Assembly (NCBI GenBank): GCA_963749005.1
Contig: CAVVKI010000003.1
Coordinates: 5,533-69,532, forward strand
Direction of reading: 5' to 3'
Length of the DNA stretch: 64,000 bases
Source: an uncultured Chloroflexia bacterium
Lineage (GTDB): Bacteria > Chloroflexota > Anaerolineae > Anaerolineales > Anaerolineaceae
Positions within the stretch are counted from its first letter, which is position 1. The number at the start of each line of letters is the position of its first letter. The notes under the pieces are model-generated. The model was not told the DNA's origin. It saw only the letters and a program-made list of their open reading frames with translations, and made no database searches. Position numbers and translations under genes: made by a program. Below are positions 1-8,625 of this stretch, in pieces.

Positions 1-69
1 GGGGTGGATTTCTTTGAAATCCCAATCACACCCGAAATAATGAAAAAAGCGCTTGCGGAGAGAAAGTAG
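1..69 (+). CDS. 3' end of an upstream ORF (…GVDFFEIPITPEIMKKALAERK*), possibly the FAD-binding/medium subunit of the same molybdo-hydroxylase
   Basis: Frame 1 is open from the window edge to the TAG at 67-69, 12 nt before the 2Fe-2S subunit gene. The function is guessed from usual medium-small subunit gene order only. Confidence 0.25.
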   Translation, partial: GVDFFEIPITPEIMKKALAERK

Positions 70-81
70 AGGAATAAGATA

Positions 82-561
82 ATGGTAGAAAAAATTTCTT
101 TCACAATTAATGGGACTCCTCGTACAGTTGAGGTAGAACCTGAAATGATGTTAATTGATGTCATTCGCGATCACCTCGATTTAACCGGCACCAAGCATGG
201 TTGTGATAATGCCACCTGTGGTACCTGCACAATTATCTTAAATGGCAAAGCAATCAAGAGTTGCAACACACCGGTGAGAAAAGCAGATGATGGTGTAATT
301 TTGACGGTAGAAGGACTGGCTGTTGGCAAAGATCTGCACCCGATTCAAAAGTCGATTGCGGAAAGTGGTGCTGTTCAATGTGGATTCTGCACTCCTGGCA
401 TCGTAATGGAATTGTACGGACTGCTGGAAACAAAACCCGAAGCCACTGTGCTCGAAATTAATAACGCATTGAACAAACACCTCTGCCGCTGCACTGGCTA
501 CGAGCCCATACAGGACGGCGCTTTAATGGCGCAAAAACTTATACAAGATAGAAAAAATTAA
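82..561 (+). CDS. [2Fe-2S]-binding small subunit of the xanthine dehydrogenase / CO dehydrogenase (molybdo-hydroxylase) family
   Basis: 159 aa with both cluster motifs of the CoxS/XdhA-N family: CDNATCGTC, then CGFCTPG and CRCTGY. Confidence 0.9.
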   Translation: MVEKISFTINGTPRTVEVEPEMMLIDVIRDHLDLTGTKHGCDNATCGTCTIILNGKAIKSCNTPVRKADDGVILTVEGLAVGKDLHPIQKSIAESGAVQCGFCTPGIVMELYGLLETKPEATVLEINNALNKHLCRCTGYEPIQDGALMAQKLIQDRKN

Positions 562-591
562 TTTTTCATCCCAGAAAATGGAGGCAACAAA

Positions 592-1800
592 ATGAGTTTT
601 GATGTACTGATCAAGAATGCAAAAACGCGCACATCCCAGGGCGAACTGGTCCAAATAGCATTAAAAGATGGCAAGATCGCCAAAATTGCACCCGCAATTG
701 ATGGAGATGCCTCCCAGGTAGTAGATGCCAATGGCAACCTGGTAACCGAATCATTTATCAATGGTCATTTACACCTGTGTAAGGTCTACACCCTTGAAAT
801 GATGGACGATGAAGCCATGGGCGCCTATACAGATGGATCGATGGGCGGGGCAATGACTTCGATTGAGCTGGCTGCAAAGGTGAAAGAGAAGTACGACGAA
901 AGCTGGATAATTGAAAACGTTCGTAGAGCAGCTAATTTGGCACTCAAATTCGGAAATACACACATTCGCGCATTTGCAGATACCGATACGAAAGCCCGCC
1001 TGGAAGGTGTCAAAGCATTGCTTAAAGCACGTGAAGAGTTTAAAGGTAAGGTTGAGATCGAGGTGGTTGCCTTCCCTCAGGATGGCGTCGTTCGCGATCC
1101 TGGTGCGGAGCAATATATTGAAGAGGCTCTCAAGTTAGGTGCAGATGTGGTTGGCGGCATTCCGTGGATTGAGTACACTGATGCGGATTCGCAAGAACAC
1201 ATCGATCGCATGTTCGCACTTGCACGCAAGTATGATAAGCCAGTTTCAATGCTGATTGATGATGCCGGAGACCCCACCCTGAAATCTTTGGAAATGCTGG
1301 CCGTTACCACCATAAAGAATGGCTGGGAGGGTCGCGTGACTGCACAGCATAGCCGCGCAATGGCGCTCTATCCTGAACCATACTACCGCAAGATTGAATA
1401 TCTCCTCAAGCGCGCCAAAATTGGTGTCGTCTCAGACCCACAGACCGGACCGCTTTATGCCCGTGTCAGAGACCTATATAAAGCCGGTGTACGAATTGCG
1501 CTCGGTCAGGATGACATCTCAGATGCCTACTATCCATTTGGCCGAAACAATATGCTCGAAATCGCCTTCCTGGCCGCACACTTAATGTGGATGAACAGCC
1601 GCCAGGAAATGGAAATTTTATATGATCTCATTACCACCAATGCGGCAGAGTGCCTCAGTATTGAAGGTCACAAACTGGTTGAAGGTGGAAATGGTGATCT
1701 GGTCATTTTGAACGCCGATTCCATTTGGGAAGGGATTCGCAATCATGAAGCGCCTTTGTATGTCTTCAAAGATGGCAAAGACGTCACCCTGCGACAATAA
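592..1800 (+). CDS. Amidohydrolase, cytosine deaminase (CodA)/AtzC-like
   Basis: 402 aa. INGHLHL (HxH), VVAFPQDG, GADVVGGIPW, FALARKYD, VTAQHS and LGQDDISDAYYPFG are colinear with E. coli CodA as I recall it. Confidence 0.75.
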   Translation: MSFDVLIKNAKTRTSQGELVQIALKDGKIAKIAPAIDGDASQVVDANGNLVTESFINGHLHLCKVYTLEMMDDEAMGAYTDGSMGGAMTSIELAAKVKEKYDESWIIENVRRAANLALKFGNTHIRAFADTDTKARLEGVKALLKAREEFKGKVEIEVVAFPQDGVVRDPGAEQYIEEALKLGADVVGGIPWIEYTDADSQEHIDRMFALARKYDKPVSMLIDDAGDPTLKSLEMLAVTTIKNGWEGRVTAQHSRAMALYPEPYYRKIEYLLKRAKIGVVSDPQTGPLYARVRDLYKAGVRIALGQDDISDAYYPFGRNNMLEIAFLAAHLMWMNSRQEMEILYDLITTNAAECLSIEGHKLVEGGNGDLVILNADSIWEGIRNHEAPLYVFKDGKDVTLRQ

Positions 1801-1917
1801 AAATATTTCTCTCCCCATCGAACGCTGAAATGGGGTGTTCGACATCCCACCCGATTTTAATATCAATTATCGGGTGGGATTTTCTCAATATCGAATACCT
1901 TAATTTCTCACTTCTAA

Positions 1918-1947
1918 TTGCTAGTGAATGTGCCTTTATGTTATAAT
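1918..1947 (+). promoter_or_regulatory. Sigma70-like promoter for tRNA-Met (TTGCTA, 18-nt spacer, TATAAT)
   Basis: TTGCTA at 1918-1923 and TATAAT at 1942-1947. The -10 box ends 14 nt before the tRNA 5' end. Confidence 0.5.
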
Positions 1948-1961
1948 TTCGGTCGCCACCA

Positions 1962-2033
1962 GGGCTCGTAGCTCAGCGGCAGAGCGCGCGGCTCATAACC
2001 GCTTGGTCGAAGGTTCAAATCCTTCCGGGCCCA
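1962..2033 (+). tRNA. tRNA with CAT anticodon (elongator Met, or Ile2 if lysidine-modified)
   Basis: Cloverleaf read by hand. Acceptor GGGCTCG/CGGGCCC (one G-U), D arm GCTC-AGCGGCA-GAGC, anticodon loop CTCATAA, T arm GAAGG-TTCAAAT-CCTTC, discriminator A. The G1-C72 pair argues against an initiator. No CCA is encoded. Confidence 0.9.
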
Positions 2034-2036
2034 CAC

Positions 2037-2069
2037 AAAAAAACCAGCTCAATATGAGCTGGTTTTTTT
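2037..2069. terminator. Bidirectional intrinsic terminator (A7-CCAGCTC-AATAT-GAGCTGG-T7)
   Basis: Perfect 7-bp GC-rich stem flanked by an A7 run and a T7 run. It lies between the 3' end of tRNA-Met (+) and the stop of the small minus-strand ORF at 2084. Confidence 0.8.
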
Positions 2070-2083
2070 GTGTGAACTTTTTG

Positions 2084-2242
2084 TTATTTCGCCTTATCAC
2101 TTGGCAGGAAACGGGTGACTTTCGTTCCGCACAATGGGCAAAGGCCCTGCACCATTTTTCGGCCATTTTCAGTGGTTTTTACTTCACCGTTCTTGACAGT
2201 AACCTTTTTGCGATCTTTAACACAATATCCTTCGAATTCCAT
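2084..2242 (-). CDS. Small (52 aa) zinc-ribbon-like protein, DUF5679-like
   Basis: Not in the ORF track (under 60 aa). Hand translation: MEFEGYCVKDRKKVTVKNGEVKTTENGRKMVQGLCPLCGTKVTRFLPSDKAK*. AAGGAG lies 8 nt upstream of the ATG. The pattern YCVK…NG+…G.CP.CGT…R matches small actinobacterial/Chloroflexi proteins I remember as DUF5679. The stop sits next to the bidirectional terminator. Confidence 0.65.
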   Translation of the reverse strand: MEFEGYCVKDRKKVTVKNGEVKTTENGRKMVQGLCPLCGTKVTRFLPSDKAK

Positions 2243-2525
2243 GTTTTTGTCTCCTTTTAGGTAAAAAATTTGGACTAAATGGATTTTGCGAATTTATTCA
2301 CCGATAATCAAATTTCAATGAATTTTCGTTCCCTTATTTTAGTTTGTTTTACCAGAAAATAATAGTACTTGTCTAAGAAATATTCCAAGTTTAGCCTAGT
2401 AATCGTCATTTTTGACGCCTGAAGACCAATTTTCACCCCATTTTTACTTTTCAAAGACAAAAAAATACTTATAATCAATCGCATCGGGAATTAATTTCAG
2501 ACTTTTTGCATATGGAGGTCACATC

Positions 2526-3341
2526 ATGAAAGCCAAGTCTGTTTTCAGTTTGTTGATTTTTTTATTGTTTGTTACATCCAGCGTTTCAGTTTTTGCGCAA
2601 ACTACGCCACCTCCAACAGAACTCCTTCCTGGTGATATTGCCATAATCGGTTTTAATTCTGACGGCACAGATGATTTTACATTTGTTGTGCTTAGGGAAA
2701 TCAAATCAGGGACAGAAATTAGGTTTACCGACCGCGGTGGAGAAATTATGAAACCATTCCAGGTTGGTTTGTAAACTTTCCAGGATATGACTCTGGATTT
2801 TAATTTTATCATTAATAGTGATTAGACCATGGTTCCGTTATTCAAATCATTTCAGGTAGTGGCATTGAGACTTTTAGTTTAGACCCGGATGGAGATCAAG
2901 TTATTCGTATATAGCGGTAATGGTTCCACTGTTGAAAGGTGATTTTTGGTATAAATACATTCAATGCGGGTTGGATCGAATTGTCAGACTGACCCAGATA
3001 CTAAATTTTACAATTTAGTTCAGAACTTCCACTTGAATTAAATGGGTCAACAGCGATTTCTCTCTTGCCGCGCACAGAAAATGCATACTATAAAGGCTTG
3101 CGGTCATTTTCTCTCCGTGGATGAAGCAAGGAAGGAAATAGTTAAGATTTGGATAATTGGGAGACCAAGTAATGAAATTCTATCCCTCCCTACCACCCCT
3201 TTTGAATTTACAACCACGGATGTGCAGATACAAGATTTCAGCGTCATTGAGAACTACCCCTGGTTAATATCTGTTATCTTTCTTCTCACATGTGTATTTA
3301 TCTTTTGGCTAACAAATCCTAATAAGAGAAGGCAACGATAA
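2526..3341 (+). pseudogene. Decayed gene for a secreted or cell-surface protein (signal peptide, multiple frameshifts and stops, C-terminal anchor)
   Basis: ORF 2526-2774 opens with a Sec signal peptide (MKAKSVFSLLIFLLFVTSSVSVFAQ) and stops after 82 aa. Plausible continuations appear in other frames, interrupted by stops: DHGSVIQIISGSGIETFSLDPDGDQV and SELPLELNGSTAISLLPRTENAYYKG. The last fragment (3042-3341) ends in a hydrophobic helix plus basic tail, PWLISVIFLLTCVFIFWLTNPNKRRQR. Confidence 0.5.
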
Positions 3342-3443
3342 TTAAATTGACATTTCCTTGGCGGACGCCTTTTCAATTCTGATGCTGTGCAATTGGCTTG
3401 CCTTACCCGCTTCTTACTACTCACTTTATTGCCTCCGGTTCGC

Positions 3444-3472
3444 TTGACACCCTCCCCTTCCCTGACTATAAT
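3444..3472 (+). promoter_or_regulatory. Consensus sigma70 promoter for tRNA-Gly (TTGACA, 17-nt spacer, TATAAT)
   Basis: TTGACA at 3444-3449 and TATAAT at 3467-3472 with an exact 17-nt spacer. The tRNA starts 11 nt downstream. Confidence 0.65.
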
Positions 3473-3482
3473 CCAACTCATT

Positions 3483-3553
3483 GCGGGCATAGTTTAGGGG
3501 TAAAACGAATGCTTCCCAAGTATTAGTCACGGGTTCGATTCCCGTTGCCCGCT
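3483..3553 (+). tRNA. tRNA-Gly (CCC)
   Basis: Acceptor GCGGGCA/TGCCCGC, D arm GTTT-AGGGGTA-AAAC, anticodon arm AATGC-TTCCCAA-GTATT (anticodon CCC), T arm ACGGG-TTCGATT-CCCGT, discriminator T. Confidence 0.9.
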
Positions 3554-3561
3554 CTTCAAAG

Positions 3562-3587
3562 CAGACCACAAAAGGTGGTCTGTTTTT
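3562..3587 (+). terminator. Intrinsic terminator after tRNA-Gly
   Basis: CAGACCAC-AAAAG-GTGGTCTG followed by TTTTT. Confidence 0.75.
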
Positions 3588-3591
3588 AAAT

Positions 3592-3616
3592 AAAAAAAGC
3601 TGGAAAAACCAGCTTT
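3592..3616 (-). terminator. Intrinsic terminator after tRNA-His/hisS (minus strand)
   Basis: On the minus strand: AGCTGG-TTTTT-CCAGCT followed by T7, immediately 3' of tRNA-His. Confidence 0.6.
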
Positions 3617-3620
3617 CAGG

Positions 3621-3693
3621 GGTGCCTGGACGGTTTCGAACCCTCAACCTCCTCATCCACAGTGAGGCGCTCTGCCGTTGAGCTACAGGCACC
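3621..3693 (-). tRNA. tRNA-His (GTG) with genomically encoded G-1
   Basis: Minus strand reads G(-1)GTGCCTG TA GCTC AACGGCA GAGC G CCTCA CTGTGGA TGAGG AGGTT GAGGG TTCGAAA CCGTC CAGGCAC C. The anticodon is GTG, and the extra 5' G opposite C73 is the tRNA-His identity element. There is one G-G mismatch in the T stem. Confidence 0.85.
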
Positions 3694-3714
3694 ATAGCGC
3701 TCAAGATTCTATCA

Positions 3715-4995
3715 TTAAGCGGGGTCTTGCGCAAGTTTATTTTCCAGATAGGCAATCAATTCATCCTTTGGAACATTGATCTGGGATCTGCTTAACAGGT
3801 CTTTGACTGTCACTTCTTCTTTTTCCAACTCGTCTGGTCCCATAACAATCACAAGCGGTACCCCAATTCGATCTGCATATTTAAATTGTTTTACCAATTT
3901 ACTCACTTCGGTGACACTCACACAGTTGATCCCGGCAGATCGAATTTGACCGGCCAATTGGAGCGAGGCTGGCAGTAAATTTTCATCAAAAACGGTTACC
4001 AGCACACTGGCAGTTGTATTTTGAAAATGTGGTAAACAACCGTATTTTTCCAATACCAGGCGCATCATCACGTCTCCCATTGCAAAGCCTACACCCGGTA
4101 ATGGGTCGCCACCGACATCACCCACCAGGTTGCCGTAATGTCCGCCCCCTAGAATCGCCCGACCATCCTTGGCGACATCGCGGGCTTCAAACACAATTCC
4201 GGTGTAGTAGTCCAATCCACGGATAATTTGAGGGTCAAAACTGACATATTCCGCCAGTCCGATGGTATCCAGAGTGCTGAAAACGCTCACCAATTCATCC
4301 GATTTCTTCCATAAATCCTTATCACCGAGCGAGCTCTTCAATTTTTCAAATTGGGTTTCGTCCAATCCATTTTCGAGCGCCAGATCATGCCAGCTTTCGG
4401 CGGATAATTTATCTCGTTTGTCTATTAATTGAAAAACAGGCTGGCGCTTTTGAGCTTCGATCCCAATTTCAGCAATAACCAGCTCCATTAAATGACGGCT
4501 GTTGACCAGCACCTGAACTTGATTTGGCTTCAAACCTATGGTCTTGAAAAAAGTAGCGCAAATTGCCAGCAATTCGGCATCACTTTCGGCTGAATCCGCT
4601 CCCAATAAATCGATATTCCATTGGAAAAACTCTCGCGTTCTCCCTTTTTGCGGCCGTTCATAGCGCCAAAAAGGACCAAATGACCACCATCTTTGCGGGA
4701 AAGTCAACTGCTTCTGCCTTTGAGCAATCATTCTGGCAAGTGAAGGGGTCAATTCCGGACGCAAGGTAACGGCATCCCCCCCGCGATCTTCGAACACAAA
4801 TGCCTGTTCCCGCACAAGTTCTTCGCCGGATTTCGCCGCGTAGAGATCTATTCTTTCTAAAAATGGAGCATCAAATTCCAAATAGCCAAAGAGAGCCGAA
4901 ACTTCACGGATTTTCTGGTACATCCAACTGCGAATAAACATATCTTCCGGATAAAAATCCCTCGTTCCTTTTACTGGCGCAATGATTGAACCCAT
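3715..4995 (-). CDS. hisS: Histidine--tRNA ligase
   Basis: 426 aa. Class II aaRS/HisRS signatures: KGTRDFYPED, WRYERPQKGRTREFFQWNIDLLG, GGGHYGNLVG, and a C-terminal anticodon-binding domain. Confidence 0.95.
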   Translation of the reverse strand: MGSIIAPVKGTRDFYPEDMFIRSWMYQKIREVSALFGYLEFDAPFLERIDLYAAKSGEELVREQAFVFEDRGGDAVTLRPELTPSLARMIAQRQKQLTFPQRWWSFGPFWRYERPQKGRTREFFQWNIDLLGADSAESDAELLAICATFFKTIGLKPNQVQVLVNSRHLMELVIAEIGIEAQKRQPVFQLIDKRDKLSAESWHDLALENGLDETQFEKLKSSLGDKDLWKKSDELVSVFSTLDTIGLAEYVSFDPQIIRGLDYYTGIVFEARDVAKDGRAILGGGHYGNLVGDVGGDPLPGVGFAMGDVMMRLVLEKYGCLPHFQNTTASVLVTVFDENLLPASLQLAGQIRSAGINCVSVTEVSKLVKQFKYADRIGVPLVIVMGPDELEKEEVTVKDLLSRSQINVPKDELIAYLENKLAQDPA

Positions 4996-5399
4996 AATCC
5001 ATCCTTAAGAAATAAATATTATTAAAACGATTTTTTTTTTGCTCTCTGTTGATTTCCAGAAGTACAAAAATAATAACATAAACCTTCAATATCACCCATA
5101 AAATTCATAATTTATGGACTATTTTTTTCTCCATCCAACTCCCTTTGTATATTATAAACTTCGAAATCTTTATTAATCGGCTATGATTCTTTTTACACCT
5201 ATTCCATTCATTTGAAAATAGCAAATTTAATCAAATGGAAATTCTCAATAATCTCCGTACTCTCTCGACCGGTGAGCAAAGGACGTTTAACCGACAAAAT
5301 GAATATCATTAAAGAAATTTTTCACAATTTATATCTATTTTTCTACCATTATCGAGTAGAATATTAGTTATTACTTATTAATTTCCGTAAAAGGTCTGA

Positions 5400-5780
5400 A
5401 TGAATATAACTGAATTAATCGCAATTGTTGATGGGAAAGCACTCATATCAAATTTTGATGCAAATGTTGAAATTTTAGGCGGCTGTGGCGCAGATTTAAT
5501 GAGTGATGTACTGGCATCCATTGAACCAGGTGCTGTCCTGCTGACAGGCCTTTGCAATCCACAAGTAATTCGCACGGCTCTCATGGCAGATGTGGCGGCT
5601 GTGGTGCTTGTCCGCGGAAAAACACCGCCAGAGGCAACTATTGATTTGGCACAAAAAGAAGGAATACCACTGATAACCTCACCATCCGGTATGTTTGAAC
5701 TTTGTGGCAGGTTACATCTGGCAGGGTTACCAAGTTTGGAAAAAGTATTTGGCGACAACGAAGAGTGTGGCTGCGAATAG
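5400..5780 (+). CDS. DRTGG domain protein (hydrogenase-operon accessory/sensory)
   Basis: 126 aa. GADLMSDVL…LLTGL…VVLVRGKTPP…A…GIPLI pattern typical of DRTGG domains. Confidence 0.75.
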   Translation: MNITELIAIVDGKALISNFDANVEILGGCGADLMSDVLASIEPGAVLLTGLCNPQVIRTALMADVAAVVLVRGKTPPEATIDLAQKEGIPLITSPSGMFELCGRLHLAGLPSLEKVFGDNEECGCE

Positions 5781-5799
5781 CGATTTCTACAAAAATAAA

Positions 5800-6804
5800 A
5801 TGAACACACCCACCCCCCAAAAAACTCACATAATGACCGACCAGGAAGCAGAAAATATCTCCCGGGTTGAAGAACTTGCTTATGAAATTCGAATTAATGA
5901 GGTTATGAGTGAGTCACCTGTTTCACTGACACCTGACATGCACATGGGTGAAGTGCTCGAGATTTTTCGTAAAAAACGTATTTCAGGTGCACCTGTTATT
6001 ACATCCACTGGCAACCTGGTCGGTATTCTCAGCATGGAAGATCTGATTCGCTGCCTTATTGATTCGGACTTAAAAGCCAGCATTAATAAGTATATGACCA
6101 CGAAACTGATTACGGTTCTGAATACTGACCCATTGGTGGAAGCTTTGAAAAAGTTCGTAGCTACAAATTACGGGCGCTTACTGGTGGTAAATAAGGACCA
6201 GAAGCTGGCGGGTATTATTACCAAGGGAGATATCAATCGCGGCTTGTTAACTGCTCTCGAACACGATTACCAGACAGAAGAGGTAAAAAAGTACCGTGCC
6301 AGTCATCTATTTGATGATATTGAATCCGATCGTACCAGCCTGATCCTGCGCTACAAGATCAAGCAGGGCGATTTTACGCATGGAGGTCAGGCTTCCAGCA
6401 ATATTAAGAGGGCTTTAATCCGTCTGGGTGCATCGAAGCAAATTGCCCGCCGTTGTGGAATTGCAGTCTATGAAGCCGAGATGAACATGATTATTCACAC
6501 CACCGAAGGTGGCGTAATGCGGGTAGAAATTGAATCAAACCAGATTACTATTGATGCATATGATTACGGCCCAGGAATTCCGGATATTCAATTGGCCTTA
6601 AAAGCTGGATATTCAACTGCCAGTGAATCAGTACGGGAAATGGGGTTTGGTGCTGGCATGGGACTGGTAAACATTTCCCGTTGCGTCGACCAAATGAAAC
6701 TTGATTCGGTGTATGGCAAAGGAACGAGATTGAAAATGCGCTTATTCCTGGATAACGATCATCCGAACACAGGCTTAGAAATTGAATCTGAGGAGCGAAA
6801 TTAA
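5800..6804 (+). CDS. CBS-pair plus HATPase_c (RsbW/anti-sigma-type Ser/Thr kinase-like) protein
   Basis: Start taken at ATG 5800 (alternative 5833); the track start at 5695 would overlap the upstream gene. Two CBS motifs (ISGAPVITSTGNLVGILSMEDL; GRLLVVNKDQKLAGIITKGDI), then an ATPase G-box region YDYGPGIPD…GFGAGMGL. Confidence 0.75.
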   Translation: MNTPTPQKTHIMTDQEAENISRVEELAYEIRINEVMSESPVSLTPDMHMGEVLEIFRKKRISGAPVITSTGNLVGILSMEDLIRCLIDSDLKASINKYMTTKLITVLNTDPLVEALKKFVATNYGRLLVVNKDQKLAGIITKGDINRGLLTALEHDYQTEEVKKYRASHLFDDIESDRTSLILRYKIKQGDFTHGGQASSNIKRALIRLGASKQIARRCGIAVYEAEMNMIIHTTEGGVMRVEIESNQITIDAYDYGPGIPDIQLALKAGYSTASESVREMGFGAGMGLVNISRCVDQMKLDSVYGKGTRLKMRLFLDNDHPNTGLEIESEERN

Positions 6805-7151
6805 TGAACAATCTGGCACAAATTATTCAGGAATTGGATTTAACTTTGCTTACGGTAGAAAAGAATTTTGCTGACATCCAAGTATCATCTGGCTACACTT
6901 CAGATCTCTTGAGTTGTGTGATTGCGGGTGCACCGAACCAGGGGATCTGGGTTACCATTCAGGCACATCTTAATATTATTGCGGTGGCTGCTCTATTGGA
7001 GTTATCAGCGATCATTATCACCGAAGGTTCTGTACCGGATGCAGCCACCATTAAGAAAGCCAACGAAGAGGGTATCTCGCTTTTTAGCTCCAAAATGTCT
7101 TCGTTTTGGGTGGTGGGAAAATTGTGGGAGTCTGGCATTAGCGCCGAATAA
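6804..7151 (+). CDS. Second DRTGG domain protein
   Basis: 115 aa. SDLLSCV…IIAVAALLELSAIIITEGSVPD…A…GISLF. The start overlaps the upstream stop (TAATG). Confidence 0.7.
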   Translation: MNNLAQIIQELDLTLLTVEKNFADIQVSSGYTSDLLSCVIAGAPNQGIWVTIQAHLNIIAVAALLELSAIIITEGSVPDAATIKKANEEGISLFSSKMSSFWVVGKLWESGISAE

Positions 7152-7165
7152 CAGCCTTGCTACCC

Positions 7166-7915
7166 ATGCGGTCATTTAAAGCAGATTTACATGTGCACAC
7201 TGTCTTATCGCCCTGTGCTGAAATAGAAATGATTCCTCCGCTCATCGTCGAACGTGCCCTCGCCAATGGAATCTCGCTCATTGCTATCACCGACCATAAC
7301 GCTTCAGCCAACATTAAAGCGGTTCAAAAAGCTGCCGAGGGGACTGATCTGGCTGTCTTGCCTGGAATGGAAGTTCAGACGAAAGAAGATGTGCACGTCA
7401 TCTGTCTGTTTGACACATTAATGCAAATGGATCATTTTCAGAAAATCGTAGATTACAACTTGCCCACCATAAAAAATAAGGCCAGTTTTTTTGGTCATCA
7501 ATTAATAGTTGACGAAACAGGGTCGTATCTTGGAACTGAAGAACGTCTCCTGATCACATCTACTTTTTTATCCATTGATACAGTTTGGGCTGAAGTGGAA
7601 ATGTTAGGCGGCCTGATGATTCCCGCTCACATTAATCGAAAGGTTAATGGCTTGATCGAAATTTTAGGATTTGTTCCGCAGGAAATACCGATTGCTGCTC
7701 TGGAAATCTCACGCCACATCACCCCCTCGGAAGCCTTCCAATCTTATCCACAAATTAAAAATTACTCTTTAATTCAGAATGGCGATGTCCATCGTTTGAA
7801 TGAATTTTTAGGATCAACAATCTTTGAAATTCAAGAGCCAAATATTTTAGAAATTCGTCTAGCCCTGGCGCACAAAGAGGGGCGTGATTGTCGAATCGAA
7901 CCCCACAACCTATAG
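7166..7915 (+). CDS. PHP (polymerase/histidinol phosphatase) domain metal-dependent phosphoesterase
   Basis: DLHVHTVLSPCA…ISLIAITDHN…PAHINR motifs. ATG 7166 is preferred over TTG 7157. Confidence 0.75.
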   Translation: MRSFKADLHVHTVLSPCAEIEMIPPLIVERALANGISLIAITDHNASANIKAVQKAAEGTDLAVLPGMEVQTKEDVHVICLFDTLMQMDHFQKIVDYNLPTIKNKASFFGHQLIVDETGSYLGTEERLLITSTFLSIDTVWAEVEMLGGLMIPAHINRKVNGLIEILGFVPQEIPIAALEISRHITPSEAFQSYPQIKNYSLIQNGDVHRLNEFLGSTIFEIQEPNILEIRLALAHKEGRDCRIEPHNL

Positions 7916-8107
7916 TTTTACAAACAATTTCGACTGGACGAACTTCCATGTTTGATGTATATTTAATACTTCGTGAAATTTTTTACAATCGATCATTACT
8001 CCTATATGTTTTATGACTTTTGGCAATTATAGTTTACCCCCGGTGAAGGTACACTTAAAACGAACAAATATTACCGAATCAATCCTAATTTTTCATGGAG
8101 CCCATTA

Positions 8108-8614
8108 ATGGTGAAATATCTCAAAAATATACCGGCTAATGACCCCCTATTGATCCCTGAACAAAAAGCAATTATCGATCAGGTGATATCAGAGAATTGC
8201 AGCAAACCCGGCGCAACCATGGTCGTTTTGAGCGAATTACAAAATAAAATTGGTTATATTTCAGAGGCATTACAGGCCTATATTGCCGATGAGCTGGAAG
8301 TGCCGGTATCATCGGTACATGGCGTGGTCACTTTTTATTCCTTCTTCACCACCATCCCACGCGGAAAACATACCATCAAATTCTGTATGGGAACTGCTTG
8401 CTATGTTGGGGGTGTTCCCCAACTGATGGAAAAAGCAAAACAGGTATTAGGCATTGATATTGGTGAAACCACCCCAGATGGCAATATAACCCTGGAAATT
8501 TGCCGCTGTGTAGGAGCATGCAGCCAGGCTCCGGTCATTGTAATTGATGAAGAGGTGATGGGCCGTGTGAAACCCAGTAAGGTTCCTCAAATGATTAAGA
8601 AAGTTCAGGATTAA
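8108..8614 (+). CDS. NuoE/HydC-like [2Fe-2S] thioredoxin-fold subunit (copy 1)
   Basis: 168 aa. CMGTACYVGG … CRCVGACSQAPV (C-x4-C … C-x3-C). Confidence 0.85.
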   Translation: MVKYLKNIPANDPLLIPEQKAIIDQVISENCSKPGATMVVLSELQNKIGYISEALQAYIADELEVPVSSVHGVVTFYSFFTTIPRGKHTIKFCMGTACYVGGVPQLMEKAKQVLGIDIGETTPDGNITLEICRCVGACSQAPVIVIDEEVMGRVKPSKVPQMIKKVQD

Positions 8615-8625
8615 AAGAGTATATT

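Noticed and set aside
1928-2260. 110-aa plus-strand ORF in the track
   Set aside because: It runs through tRNA-Met, a strong bidirectional terminator and the antisense of a small ORF with better support. It has no SD and its sequence is low in information.
1900-3700. Integrative element or genomic island at the tRNA-Met/Gly/His cluster
   Set aside because: No integrase, excisionase or phage genes, and no direct repeat of a tRNA 3' end was noticed. Only a decayed surface-protein gene lies between the tRNAs.
3426-3755. 109-aa minus-strand ORF in the track
   Set aside because: It overlaps tRNA-Gly (antisense), two terminators and tRNA-His, so it is an artefact of reading through structured RNA genes.
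4996-5399. Possible T-box riboswitch or His attenuator leader upstream of hisS
   Set aside because: No T-box core (GGTGG-N-ACC; there is no CCACC on the plus strand) and no His-codon-rich leader peptide. Only an AT-rich spacer with a weak 7-bp hairpin.
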